A stretch of DNA of 64,000 nucleotides, from positions 733,016 to 797,015 of the forward strand of contig RDEW01000024.1 of assembly GCA_011109175.1 (NCBI GenBank). Direction: 5' to 3'. Below the pieces are notes generated by a model, which was given only the letters and a program-made list of their open reading frames with translations, searched no databases and had not been told where the DNA came from. Origin of the DNA: Dicyema japonicum. Taxonomy: Eukaryota > Animalia > Dicyemida. The translations under genes were made by a program, and so were the position numbers. This document shows, piece after piece, positions 13,151 to 25,776 of the stretch (its first letter is position 1; each line of letters starts with the position of its first letter).

Positions 13151-13199
13151 AGGCAGGGCGGTCGCTGTATGACCATTTGCTCACTTTTTTCCGTAATAT

Positions 13200-14800
13200 A
13201 AAAAATATTAAATTTTCAGTAATAATTGTGCGTTAAAGCAGGAACTTTGGTTTCCATGATTTTTGACGACGGGGATGGGAGTGATCTTAGAGGCAGAATT
13301 GGTTCTAAACTGACTGTTGTGAATCGTCTAGTCTGCTAGAATACCAGATGTCTTTCTTTGAGGTTGAACTGTCCTTACAAGTCAATTGACGGGAACAATG
13401 GTGTTTCTTTTTTCCTTTACGAGTTCATTGAGTAAAATGCTTTAGACAACATCTTGAGTCTAAAATCTTTCACAGAGATCGGGGAACGGTAGATGAGTGC
13501 TCGTCCCGTAGCCACTTCAAAGCTTGGTAAGTGAAAGAGGTTCGGAATCAGCGCTACAAATGTAGGCAGATTTCTCCCCCAAAACGTAGTTTATATGAAA
13601 ATCAAAATTTTTTATCACTAAGCTATTTAATACGTGTCTCCATTTCCATTCGTCGGTTATATAATATTGAAATTGCAGTTTTTCCCGCTTCAAAAATCAA
13701 TGCAAATGAAAATCAGAACTGGATTGGGTATTATTTTAATGAAAAACGGGGAAAATCAACTGTTACTACGTCACTTGAGTGTTCCGCTAGCAACCAACTG
13801 CTTTCTGGAAATGCCTTCTTTTGTGTCTAAAGAATTCTGTCCCCTTTTTTATAATCGATCGGGATGCGTGAACCACACTTTCTCTAATGGGTTTCCCAGC
13901 TCCTTGCAGGAAACCCTGACCATTTCTCAGCGTCGCCTCAGAAGATAGCTATTCCCTGCGGTGTGGAAATCATCTCGAGTTGTGTAGCAATCACATTTCC
14001 AATTCACTCTCCATCCGTTCAAGATGTTTTTAAGGCGATTGGAGTAAGGCAAAAAAGGATCTATTATGACCAAGTATTTCTTTAGTTTCCTCAGTCGATA
14101 GAGTCGCCATTTGGGCCGTCAGAATGAGCTGTCAGCGGGAGAAAAATTTGACTGGCTGTGGACTATAGAGTTCTTCCATCCAACTGTTTCTGGTGGAGCC
14201 AAGTTCCAAGCTATCGAGAAAAAGAATCATTTGCATTTATCCACTCCACTGGAAGGGTTCATATAAATGCAAGGACTGGACCTTTTCTTTCCTTACCTCT
14301 GTAAATCTATCTATAAAAGTACCGGCTAGGTTTATCAACGGTCGCATGGGCCAAGTGGTGGCAAACAACCAAAAGTGTGATACCTCCCAAATTGAGAACC
14401 ACAAGGATTACTGTTGTCTCGTGTTCTTCGGTGAGCTCCTCTCCCAAATTGCTAAAAACTTAATTCTTTTACCATAAGCTGATGATCTCGTGATAGCATC
14501 GAAACATCGAAGACTCGAGGAGGCGTCACAGTCCGTCCAAGAGGCATTAAACCCGATGAGTCGGTTCTCGGTACTCGAAAAACCGCCTTAAAGTCGCACC
14601 AGATAAGTCACGTGTAACAACTTTTACTTCATCGCCAAAAGAGTAAACCCGATCCCCTTCATTTTGGGAGTCACCATGAACTTTCTGCTATCATTCACAA
14701 ATCAGGTGGATCTGGTAGCCTCAATAATTCAAAAGAACATTAGAATTCTTTAAGCTTTATCACATTCCCAAAACTGTTAGTTAATTATGGCTTTGCACGC
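13200..14800 (+). mobile_element. Degenerate I-group LINE (APE remnant + RT)
   Basis: LFPAVWKSSRVV near 13950; ADDLVIASK near 14480. Confidence 0.7.
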
Positions 14801-15379
14801 ACGTGCTTATCTCATGAACGCTTTCACTTTGTTATACCTGTTTATGTCTTATTTCGGTAGGAAAGCCTCATATAACCTGCCATCCCAAGATCTTCTAATT
14901 AAATGACAGCCAAGGACACGTGGGTATATGCTAAAATTCAACATGGCTGAAAATTGATGATTTTGAAGGGTATTTTTGCATAGTAAAAAATAATTATAGA
15001 AATAATTGAAAGAAGCTAGCACGTGTCTAAAACAATTGTCGAGTAACTCCTACACTGGGACGGTGACTAATGTTCGGATTGATGGTTGAGTATTATGATC
15101 ATGCTTGAACTCTGGGAACTCTTCCATACAGTATCTTAAAGATTAGCCAGTGACTCTTAACAACACTAAAGAGGATTTATATTCATCTAGATACGTTTAG
15201 ACTTCTCACTTTGATTGACATATTTCATTTGACATTAAACGTCTAAACTTTTGAACATTTAATCACGTGAAGCCGACATAGTAGATTTGTCTCATTTTGG
15301 TCGGTTTAAACCATTATGTCTTTCAATACCTTGGCGATCCCGTCGTTATGAAGTCAGTTAGTCTACAAAAAATAGACTA

Positions 15380-16260
15380 TTGACGTTCAGTTAATCAGTT
15401 AGCCATTTGGTTGACTGATGGAGGCTGAAACGATGACGTACTTCTAAGTAGGCATTTAATACGATAGGTATCATGATGGATGAAAGCCCCTGGCTTCATT
15501 CTAGTGAGCAAGTACAAGGTAGTGGACTCGGGAGACATCGAAAATCCGAAGTTCTGAACTAATGAAGTGCAAGTTGACATAAATCGCGTCGATGATACTC
15601 AACAACTATGTCAGTCACGTAGGACAGTAATATGTCGTCACTTGGTGGAATTAGTCTGTCATAAGATTGAATAAGAAAGGAGATAATGGGGAACTCTGAG
15701 GAACGTCATTTGATAATAGTCCCAATGCGGAGCATCGATTACCCTGGCGTTCTCGCCCCCGGGGACCACTCAAGAAATTGCCTAATCAAAACTTCAGACG
15801 TCCATCAATGTTCGACTAATAAATTTTGTCGGTGATCTTCGTCAAACCAGAGAGTCAAATGTCTTCTGAATGTCGACTGAGTTGACAATTGACTTTTCCT
15901 GTCGGGATTTTTGTTTTGGCAGTCTGTTGAGAATTTCTTTAATGTATTTAGGTATGAGACAGTTGATCGTCCCTCTTTGACGCTCTGCACAAAAAATAGA
16001 GCTGAAACCATGCGTCTGAGAGGGAAGAGCGGATGAGTGTCATAACCAGCCTTTCAGGATTCTTCCCTGAACACATAAAAGCGAAACCGATCTGTAGGAA
16101 ATGGGATCCTCCTTTGATTTGCCAGGCTTCAGAATTGGATGAGTAACAGGTAGCTTCCATCGAGCGAGGATTGAGTTGAAATTTATCGAATGGTTGAAAA
16201 TTGCTCGTTAGATACAGCCACAGTGTCAAACTTTTTCAAAAGAATCGCTGGGATTCCGTC
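15380..16260 (-). mobile_element. Degenerate I-group LINE RT
   Basis: LKPGKSKEDPISYRSVSLLC..PERLV. Confidence 0.7.
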
Positions 16261-16665
16261 TGGCCCGCATGAATGCATGTTCTTCGAACGAGTAATCTAC
16301 GATGCTACATCCCTCGCTTGTAAATACAATGCTGGACCCCCTCTTTTCGGTTCAATTTAGTGTTTGGCGGAAGTCGACTCTTTTGTAGGGCTTGTGACAA
16401 ATTTATCAGTTGAAAACATTAACAACCACAAAGTTTTGTTTCAAAAGAAAGATCGGTCCCACTTTCCCTCAATTTTTTTTATTTTGAGTCAATAAAGCGA
16501 TTAAGCGTATAAAAGGTCGAAAATAAAAGAGGTCGAAATATCGGTCCCTTTTTATAGTATCAATCAAAAAGTTCAAAAGATTCATGACTGATCACATAAA
16601 TTTGAAAGATTCATGACTGATTGTATAGATCTTCGGAAATATTCTTCCTACAATAAAGAAAATAA

Positions 16666-16914
16666 ATGGATTCTTACGTAATTGATTGGTGCTCAAAATT
16701 CGCTTGGTCATTTCCCTTAATTAGTAAAACTCCACAAAATATAGGAGATTTTTTTGAAGACATGTTTTTATCAGTTAAGTCACCTGAAAGATTACACACG
16801 AACAATGGAAAGGAGTTTTGTAACTCTGAGGTTTCAGCATTATTATGTGACTGGGGGATAACGGCGATTCATGGTAGACCAAATGAGATTAAGGAGATCT
16901 TGATGGCCATATGA
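16666..16914 (+). mobile_element. rve-type integrase core fragment (Ginger2/KRBA2-like)
   Basis: IDWCSKFAWSFPLISKT..LHTNNGKEFCN..IHGRP; truncated before the catalytic Glu. Confidence 0.7.
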
Positions 16915-17029
16915 GAAAAAGAAAACAGAATTTAACATACTACACCAATAAATCCTACTTAGATATTATTATTATTTTAAACAAAAAGTTTTATTTTATC
17001 TTAAAAGGATAATTCTAATTGGGATCCTT

Positions 17030-17390
17030 GCCACGATTTACAAACAATTTATCCGACCAACGATGACGTATGCAAGTCCTTCATGGGCAATGCAAATGTC
17101 ACGATCTTCCACATTGAAATTATCTGCAATCGAGGAGACTGCAATAAAGTTAATTGGACCAGATCACAATATCCAACCTATTGAAAACTTTTTAATTGAA
17201 CTACAACGGAAACTATTAAAGGAGGCTATTCTACCGAGCTGCCCACTATTCCAAATACTATCGAATTATCTACAATCATACAGAAATTTTGAGCCGATGC
17301 CATGTCCAATGAGAAGAGCTGTTCAGGATTCTCGACCCCGCCGGACTCGTCCTCACCTTTGTCGGTCTGGGATCACTTAGTTAGATGAGA
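17030..17390 (+). mobile_element. LINE RT C-terminal remnant
   Basis: YKQFIRPTMTYASPSW..KLSAIEETAIKLI. Confidence 0.6.
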
Positions 17391-17718
17391 ACTTTTATTT
17401 CTTTCTCTTTGACCCAGTGATCCTGGGGGTAATAATAATTCTAATTAAAATGTTCTCTATCCAATTCGTTTCCTCTTTAAGCAAAGATGAGAGTAAACCC
17501 AATTGTCATAGTCCTTTTCTTCGCTCACACTCTTCTCTTGAATTTCTTCATAGGGCGAGTTACATAAAGCATCAATTCCAGAAAGAGGCTGGACCAACTC
17601 TATGGACGGTGAATCTGCAATTCCTATATTTCTTTCGGCTCCGAAGTCACAGCATTCTGGCTTGTTTTTTCAATTTTTTAATAATCGATATTTGAGTTAT
17701 TTGTAATTTTTATGGATC

Positions 17719-17820
17719 CACACACAAGAAAAAGAAAGAGAGAAGATCATTCCTTGGTTCTACAATCAGTTAAAATTAACTGTTCTTTACTTAAATAAAT
17801 TGTGTGTCCTGCCTATGCGG
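17719..17820 (+). mobile_element. SINE 3' tail
   Basis: aagatcattccttggttctac...gcctatgcgg, near-identical to 52172-52250. Confidence 0.75.
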
Positions 17821-18118
17821 AGTTAATACCACGGCTCCGTGAAAAAGGCTATTATTGTAATTTTTATCATTGTCCCAATAGTACTGACTTGGGATGGATT
17901 GGTAACCTCAGAGAACATCCCAGATCTCTAAACATAAGCGAAAGAAGCTATAAGTATATTCAATCATTGGTTATACGTAAAACTTTAGAGTCGATGATTG
18001 TTTCATAAGACGGATTTTGTCGAAAGAACTCAGGAGCTAAAGAAGGAAATAAATAATATCTATACGCGAATGGATAACAAAGACTCTGAGGACGGCGGAA
18101 CAAGTAACCTGGATTGTT
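17820..18118 (+). mobile_element. R4/Dong-like RLE fragment
   Basis: YKYIQSLVIRKTLESM. Confidence 0.6.
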
Positions 18119-19357
18119 NNNNNNNNNNNNNNNNNNNNNNNNNNNNNNNNNNNNNNNNNNNNNNNNNNNNNNNNNNNNNNNNNNNNNNNNNNNNNNNNNN
18201 NNNNNNNNNNNNNNNNNNNNNNNNNNNNNNNNNNNNNNNNNNNNNNNNNNNNNNNNNNNNNNNNNNNNNNNNNNNNNNNNNNNNNNNNNNNNNNNNNNNN
18301 NNNNNNNNNNNNNNNNNNNNNNNNNNNNNNNNNNNNNNNNNNNNNNNNNNNNNNNNNNNNNNNNNNNNNNNNNNNNNNNNNNNNNNNNNNNNNNNNNNNN
18401 NNNNNNNNNNNNNATCTTCATGTTGATTATTCTACCAGGGTTGCGGGTGTGAGGCATGGTATTTCTCTCGTCAAAGGGATAGGATACTGTTACTAATAGA
18501 GAAGTCGAGAAGGTCAGCAATAAAGTTAGCCTTGGGAAAAAGCTACGTTATGTCCTGAGTACAGAAGAGGACAGGATCTGTTGAATAAAATGTTTCCTGT
18601 TTCGAATTTTCTTTAAAGTAATCTTATATCTAGGTTCTTAACCTTGGGGATTTAACATCTCTACTTTACTCGGGATTTTACTTTACTATTTTCCTAGGGA
18701 ATTTAACTCCTCTATTTTGTTACTCTTGAAACAAAACTTATTGGTTGTTGATGTTTTCAATTGATAAATTTGTCTAACACCCGACAGTATCAACGCACCG
18801 TGTTCTTATGACATACGACAATAAATAATATACATCTCCAGATAATGGTTAGTTATAACGAGTTTTTTTTGTCCCGCAGAAAGCCAACATCATTAAAAAA
18901 CGTAACTACTGTAGGAATTAAAATTTTATTTCAACTTCATTTTAAGGTTCTATGCAATAAATTAGATGATGTTGACTACACGGTATTTCGCTGTGTCCAA
19001 ACATCATATAATGGGTTCCTCTGTATATTGGCATCATTATCCATTTTTAATCAATTTATAATTTACCTCAATGCAACATAATTTCCTATTTTGATATCGT
19101 TTTTTTCATATCACTATTTTCGCTGTTTACCATTTTTCACCTACAATTAATAGATTATCATACGACTCGTCACTTTGCCCCCATAAAATGATAATATGGA
19201 TTATTTTTAGTTTTCTGGTGGATGTATTATTGTAGTCAAACACTATGTCTTTTATAAAAGACCGAAAGACCCAAAAATTCGGTTGATGAACTAACGGACA
19301 AGATCCACCGTTTTAACTTTGGTTGAATCTCTAAATTAAAGAAAAAATAGTACCGTA

Positions 19358-19531
19358 CGACTTGTCCTTGTATCCACTTAGCACTTGGACTGCATCCTAA
19401 ATGTTTTATAGAGAACTTTTGGCACAAGAATTGAAGGCGGAGTGCGTTCGACTTGTCCTTGTATCCACGGAGCCCTTGGACTGCATCCTAAATGTTTTAT
19501 AGAGAACTTTTGGCACAAGAATTGAAGGCGG
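19358..19531. repeat. Direct duplication, 91-bp period
   Basis: cgacttgtccttgtatccac...gaattgaaggcgg occurs twice. Confidence 0.9.
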
Positions 19532-19929
19532 GGTGACATAATAAATCCTGTTCGACGACAATTCTGTTATTTCCAAAGAGATTTTACTTTTTGAGAGTTC
19601 GTTCATTCATATTTGAGAAGGATTTAATCACAACAAGTATCTTTTTAATAAGAAACAAAATTTGATACCCAAGAAAAGGAGTCGTTTATAGAAGAGTATC
19701 GCCTGAGATCTATGAGAGCGGCAATACAGCGATCTCTAGGACCAATCCCGATTATGAGAGTAATCAGTGGTTTTGATTGACAAAAAACACTTTCATATTA
19801 TCCCACCTACTTATTTTCATTAAAAAATATCTTTCTCTTTTTGAGATGTTTAATTCATCCTTCATTTCTTTTAATTTTTTGCATTTTTTACAAGGTTTTT
19901 CTTGAAATTTGTACAAGAAATTCTATGTT

Positions 19930-21300
19930 TCTCAGTCTATTCAAACCTATGTTTCTCAGTCTATTCAAACCACTTAAGAATTCATCATGTAATCTTCTAC
20001 ATGTCAACTTGTTAGCCTTTGTTTGAGTGGTTGAGTGACTCTATAATAATTTTTATGCCTTTATCGTACTCTCAGTCTGTCTATTCTACCCCCTTTACAA
20101 TTGCAACTTTCAACATCAGAGGACTCACTTCGAACACCAAACAAGAGACCTTGTGCATGGATTTGGGACGATACAAAATTAACGTGGCCTGCATACAGAG
20201 GTGAAATATATGCTACGANGTTTTTAAATATTCTTAATATTTTTTAATTCTATTTCTATTTGTGAAAAGAAGCGATTTATCAAACTGTAACATAGTTTTC
20301 AGCCACTTTCACGAATACGGAGTTTTCGTAGAACACAATTACTTTCCTGACAAGGGTCAGTAGACCCCTCCCGCATCCCGATGGTCGATTCGCTCTCAAT
20401 ACATTAACCCATGAAATTTTGGAGTAGTGACACTTCCAGAAAGCTTGGTTTTTTGTAGGAGGCAGATATCGATCTTGTTTCTCTCCAAAAACAATTTAAG
20501 CCTCTGACCCTATTCACGTTAAAGCTCAGTAAATGTATTTTGGGTACACGATTCCGTTCGACGTCGCCAGAAATGACAAGTCCATCAGAAAAATGCATTA
20601 ACTGTAATCTGATATTAAAAATTTCGTTTTTGCCCTATTTTGGGTAAACATTTTTCGATATCTTCTAACTTGGAAATCAATTCATCTTTAGTCCTTACTT
20701 TGCATGCATGAAAAATGGATAATTGTACCTCATTTAAGGATCACATAGTGTAGAGCTACAAACTTACTATTTTATTATATTTTAATTTTTATAATATTTA
20801 TTTCCAAAAATAGAGAAAGATAACTTGAGGTCAACCCAAGTTCGAATAGGTCGATATTCTATATTCTACAATAAGATTTTGGGAATCTCTACTGAGTTAG
20901 GAGAAATGTGAGCAAATTCCATAAGTTAAAAAACTACTGCCGGTTCTGAATAAATGCAAACTGCACTGCTTGTGATTTGTAGGGATTCTCAGTTTAGTAG
21001 TTGTGGCCTAAAATTCTTTGTTTCTCAGTCTATTCAAACCATTTAAAAATTCATCATGTAATCTTCTACATAGTCAACTTGGTAGCCTTTGCTTGAGTGG
21101 TTGAGTGACTCTATAAAAATTTTTATGCCTTTATCGTACTCTCAGTCTGTCTATTCTACCTCCTTTACAATTGCAACTTTCAACATCAAAGGACTCACTT
21201 CGAACACCAAACAAGAGACCTTGTGCATGGATTTGGAACGATACAAAATTAACGTGGCCTCCCTAAGGTGGAATATATGCTACGAAATTATATTACCGCC
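19930..21300 (+). repeat. Two ~280-bp copies (19930-20218, 21020-21290) of an RTE-like APE N-terminus
   Basis: FTIATFNIRGLTSNTKQETLCMDL.RYKINVAC present twice; the first copy ends at a single N. Confidence 0.75.
20270..20640 (-). mobile_element. Ingi-like LINE 5' fragment: 2A-like motif + APE start
   Basis: LVISGDVERNRVP followed by IHLLSFNVN, KIDICLLQKTKL and RPSGCGGGLLTLV (across frameshifts). Confidence 0.7.
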
Positions 21301-21584
21301 CGACTGCCGTCGCTATGAAATGAACTTCGCAGTTCATCTATCACTCGTGACTCGGACTCTCAAAAGTCATCGACCGAATCGCTATCTTTCCATTAAACCA
21401 GCGTTTCCCATCCTGGGTTCTGCGAAGTTCAAAATTTTTTTAAATTATTTTTTTAAAAGAATAATTTTTCAAAACGAATTAATTTAATTTGCGCGTGTTT
21501 AATTGGAGTCTTGTGGCAGTGCAAATCTTAAAGTTCGATCGTATCGAGAAAGTTATTTTTCCTTTGTTTTTAGATGAAGTGGGG

Positions 21585-21978
21585 ACATGGATTGCCCTCT
21601 ACCACTTTGTGTTGTTTGCGGTGAAAAACTAGCAAATAGTGCTATAGCTCCAACGAAACTTGAGACGTCATTTCTCCACCAAGCACCCAGAACTTTCAAA
21701 AAATTTTATGCGGAAATTGGACCAGAATAAAGTTCAAGCATCCTGTTTTACAAAAAATTCAAAATAACCGAAAAAGCACTGCAAGCTAGATCCCTCATGT
21801 GCAAGAATTAATTTTAAAAAATTGTAGATAATTTAGAGTCACTATTTACATGTACAAATAATTATTTTCCACCCATATCACTGAACTCTATGATTGAGTG
21901 ATAAATCCTTTGCTGATTATAAATTAACTGGAAACGAGCTATCATTAAATGTGGTCTCAAAAAGGTTGGGAACCACTG
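21585..21978 (+). mobile_element. hAT (Buster/Charlie-type) remnant with right TIR
   Basis: PLCVVCGEKLANSAIAPTKL..HFSTKHPE BED finger; ggttgggaaccactg (21964-21978) is the reverse complement of a CAGTGGTTCCCAACC TIR. Confidence 0.75.
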
Positions 21979-22255
21979 CATTATACATTGGATTACGTGA
22001 AAAAGAACTCGATTATGTCTGTCATTAATGTCGAAACATGTGAAGAAAAAATGAATTTTGTTACATGAGACATGTGAGGAGGTCAACAACTTGGAGAAAA
22101 CGAGTAGATCGGATAGTGAAGAACCTAAGTATTAACATGCTTATGGACAAAATGGAACTGCATTAACAAACTTAACTAATTGAGTTATTGCGATTAAAGG
22201 AATAAGTATTTGACAAAACGAGGAAATGTGAATAATCTAGCAATAAGTCAACTAA

Positions 22256-23494
22256 CTACTGAATTGGCTTCATAACAAACAATCCTTGAAACGAATAATT
22301 CTCATCTGAGAATGGTTCATAATAATAATAAGAATCAGGTCCCTTATCGAAGCATTCGACGAAATAGGACGAAAGACCGAACATTCCAATTTCATTCAGA
22401 TTCTTTCCTATTACATACTGTCCCCCAGTATCCTGATTTAGATATTGGTGCCAGTTGTTCCCAAAGTTTCTACCGTATCTGGCATACACGACAGTTTTGT
22501 TGTTGAATTGCATTGAAAGCATTTGTGGGGGCAACTCTCCTGGTTTTGACGACTTCAGAAAGGAAGTGAGAGACAACCCAATCAGGGCTACAAATAAACA
22601 TGAACTCTACCAAGCAAAATAAATCCAATTGACATGAATTTTGTTACTGGAGTAAAGGTGGATGGGATTTTTTCATTCGTCGTGAGCGTTTGAGTGGTAG
22701 AGAGGGTAATAGAGGGGGAAGTAGAAGGAGTAGTAAGTTTCGGGGACTTTTTAGGTTTTGAGACTTTATTCTGTTTAGTAAAAAATATAGTTATTACAGT
22801 TGTTGTAAGAATCGTCTCCGATAGGGTTTGAGCAAGTTTCGATTTTATATCACTTTTTATGGATTTTTTAATCTCGTTGTACTGGTCCTTATTTATATAT
22901 TTTCCATCCACACAGACATCGGTATCCGTGTTCACACCAACACTTTCTGTAAGGTTAACATCCAACTTTACCTGTAAAGATAAGTGCTCGCTTAGGTTTG
23001 TCCAAGTTTTCTATGAGGTTTTTGTAGACTTCGTTTGTAACCCAAAACCAGGCATCGTGCTTCAAAAAATATTTTCTGTTTTCCTTTTTGATTCTTATTT
23101 TGTCAAATGCATCGGTAAAAAGGGGTTTAGGGGTCATCCTGACGAATCCGTCCATCAACTTTAGAGGGATATTTTCTTCACGATACAACCGCCGTCTCAA
23201 ATAGTTGGTGTCAACAGAAATTATATTTGAAAGCAGGTTTTCAATTTCCATTTGTTTGTCATAATATTTGTTTCTTGAAGGGTGAACCATCGCATTTTCC
23301 TCATCTATCATTTGTTGGTATTTCAATGGGTATTTATCCTTGAACCTGAGTACTGACGCAAATTTTGGATTAAAGGTAAGTCTAACCCAGGCTAACGGAT
23401 CCTTAGTAGTTTTCAGACTCATGATTGATCCACTCTCAGACACTGGTAAACTTTCAGTAACAACTCGTAAATTGTCTGAACTCGAAGATGACAT
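22256..23494 (-). CDS. Orphan predicted single-pass (type II) membrane protein, 396 aa (387 if a third intron is spliced)
   Basis: Introns 22947-22971 (25 nt) and 22588-22610 (23 nt) fuse three ORFs in frame. Optional in-frame GT-AG segment 22771-22797. Ser/Thr/Pro-rich stalk, then hydrophobic FMSIGFILLALIGLSLTSFL, then a ~105-aa aromatic-rich C-terminal domain. Confidence 0.8.
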
Positions 23495-23739
23495 GCAATT
23501 TTAATACTGAAATGAAATAACGAGTATTTATTTGGTTTTATTTCGTACATTTCTAAATTAAACTGGTTAAGTTGTTATAAAAAGAAATAACTTTTCAAAT
23601 TTGTTTCTCCAAATTTATCAATCAACATACCACCAAAATCCATAAGGTACTTACAGAGTTTTTTTATTTATTTAATTACTTTGTCATAATATTTAATAAC
23701 TTTGTCATAATGTTTAATAACTTTGTCAAACATTTATGG

Positions 23740-23846
23740 GATTATTATTTATATTTATTAGATTATTATTTATATTTATTAGATTATTTCTATATTTATT
23801 AGATTATTATTTATATTTATTAGATTATTATTTATATTTATTAGAT
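23740..23846. repeat. 21-bp minisatellite (gattattatttatatttatta) x5
   Basis: Read directly; one copy has a small variant. No spacers. Confidence 0.95.
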
Positions 23847-23899
23847 GTGATTATATTGAACACGTTGCTGCTTAATGGTTGTTGTTGATAAGAACCATA

Positions 23900-24620
23900 T
23901 AAATTCATCAAATCATGCGGACTTCTGTGTCGAATTGAGTAAAGAAAATTCAAATCGAACGGCCGCCGAGTTTGTCTACATGTTTCCGTCGCGGATGCTT
24001 CAAGGATTTGNNNNNNNNNNNNNNNNNNNNNNNNNNNCCGAATTGAGTAAAGAAAATTCAAATCGAACGGCCGCCGAGTTTGTCCGACATGTTTCCGACG
24101 CGGATGCTTCATGGATTTGTCCTCAGCAAAATAACACGAAATTTCCGGTTTTACGAGCAATAATGTCTTCCTCAACAGCTGACTGTCGAGAACAATGGGC
24201 TACCTCGGTTATTGAAAGCACGCGCTCTAGACTCGGTCGTGTCCCCAGAGGTGGGTGGGCTATTCTCTTGAAGGGTTCAAATCTAAGTTTGGAGAGGAAA
24301 TAACAATGCCTGAGTTCAGAAGACTGATGTACGCCCAAAAACGTCAACAATTATCATGCAATGGACATGATTCGAGGGGACCTCGAATTCTAAGTAATAT
24401 GTCTTTAACAATTATTGAGGCTAAGGTGGATGTGGATATTCTCGAATGCCTGAACCGTGTTATTAATGCTTGGAGTAAAGTCAATCATCACACGTCGATT
24501 GNGCAAAATAACACGAAATTTCCGGTTTTACGAGCAATAATGTCTTCCTCAACAGCTGACTGTCGAGAACAATGGGCTACCTCGGTTATTGAAAGCACGC
24601 GCTCTAGACTCGAACCATTA
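23900..24620 (+). mobile_element. hAT dimerisation-domain remnants, partly duplicated around gaps
   Basis: QQNNTKFPVLRAIMSSSTA..STRSRL at 24123 and 24503. Confidence 0.55.
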
Positions 24621-24639
24621 ACCATTATGCTGGGCAAAC

Positions 24640-25775
24640 TGCCTATCAAACTCTTACTACAAAAAAATTTGAGCCCTCAAAATGGATGGAGGATATGACT
24701 AATAAAATTGAACGATGGAGATCACATTCTGTTTTTATTGAAAAGTTTTTTTACGAAGACTTTTTCTACTGACGAGAAGTCATGCTTTGTCGATAGTGGG
24801 TTAAAGGAAAAAGTAATCCGGAGAAAGGACCAAAACTACGTCTCTTATCCAAGATAGCATTAAAGTCATGGAGAAAAAATATCGACATTTGAATCGAAAA
24901 GGAAATTTCGTATGGACAACCTAATTTTCGAATTGAATAGAAGGTCCTTCTACAGGAACTTGAATTCAGGACAAATAATATTAATATCTCAATTGATAAT
25001 GAAAAATGCGCAGATTTTTGGGAATAATTATGGAAAAGAAGGAGTTTAAATTCGGAGTTTTAATATCGGAAAAAGAATGACTGGTGTTGAAAATGTGTCT
25101 GTTGAATTCTCGAAAAATGTATTTGAACAAACGATTCAATATTTTCAGAATTGGAAGGCCCCAGGTTGTGATATGATCTACAATTTCTTCCTTGTGAAAT
25201 TTACCTCGCTGCATTAATTTATATATTCCGAAGATTGTAAACGGAGAGTACGTCTCTGGAAACTGATTTTTTACTGGAACTACGCACTTGATCCCAAAAG
25301 GCGAAGCGCCACAGTCGCCAAAGGACTTACGCCCTACTACATGCATGTCGTCACTCTACAAACTTATAACAAAGTGTATCAATGCTAAACTAGCGGATTA
25401 TGTGGAAGCGTTTGGCCTTCTTTCTGAAAACCAGATGGGAACAAGGAAGAGATGTCAGGGTGCTAAAGAACAGGCACTAGTCAATAAATCGCTTAATAAA
25501 GTAAATGGAGGTGGATTATATGCTGCATGGATTGACATAAAAAAAGCATTTGACTCGGTTGACTACAACTTTTTAATGGAGTTTTTGAAAAATCCGGAAT
25601 CCCCGAATGGATTATTAAAGTTGTGAGATTAATGATAATGCATTGGAGAGTGAAACTAATGTTGAATAATGAAAATATTCTTGATATTCAGATTGAAAGG
25701 AGAATTTTGCAGGGGATAGTCTATCCCCCATGTTGTTTGTCTTAGTGCTTGACCCTCTTAGCCGTTTATTGACAT
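24640..25775 (+). mobile_element. R4/Dong-like non-LTR RT fragment
   Basis: LIPK..PKDLRPTTCMSSLYKLITKC..SENQMG..GAKEQAL..WIDIKKAFDSV..ILQGDSLSP; cut by the Tc1 insertion. Confidence 0.8.
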
Positions 25776-25776
25776 A

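Noticed and set aside
22256-23494. Virus- or operon-like cassette of three overlapping ORFs
   Set aside because: Two canonical micro-introns join them in frame into one eukaryotic gene.
23495-23525. Spliced-leader trans-splice acceptor (tttcatttcag 13 nt before the ATG)
   Set aside because: Not seen consistently upstream of FoxK or DDX51; compatible with chance or a 5' UTR intron.
23740-23846. CRISPR-like array
   Set aside because: Head-to-tail repeats with no spacers, in a eukaryotic context.
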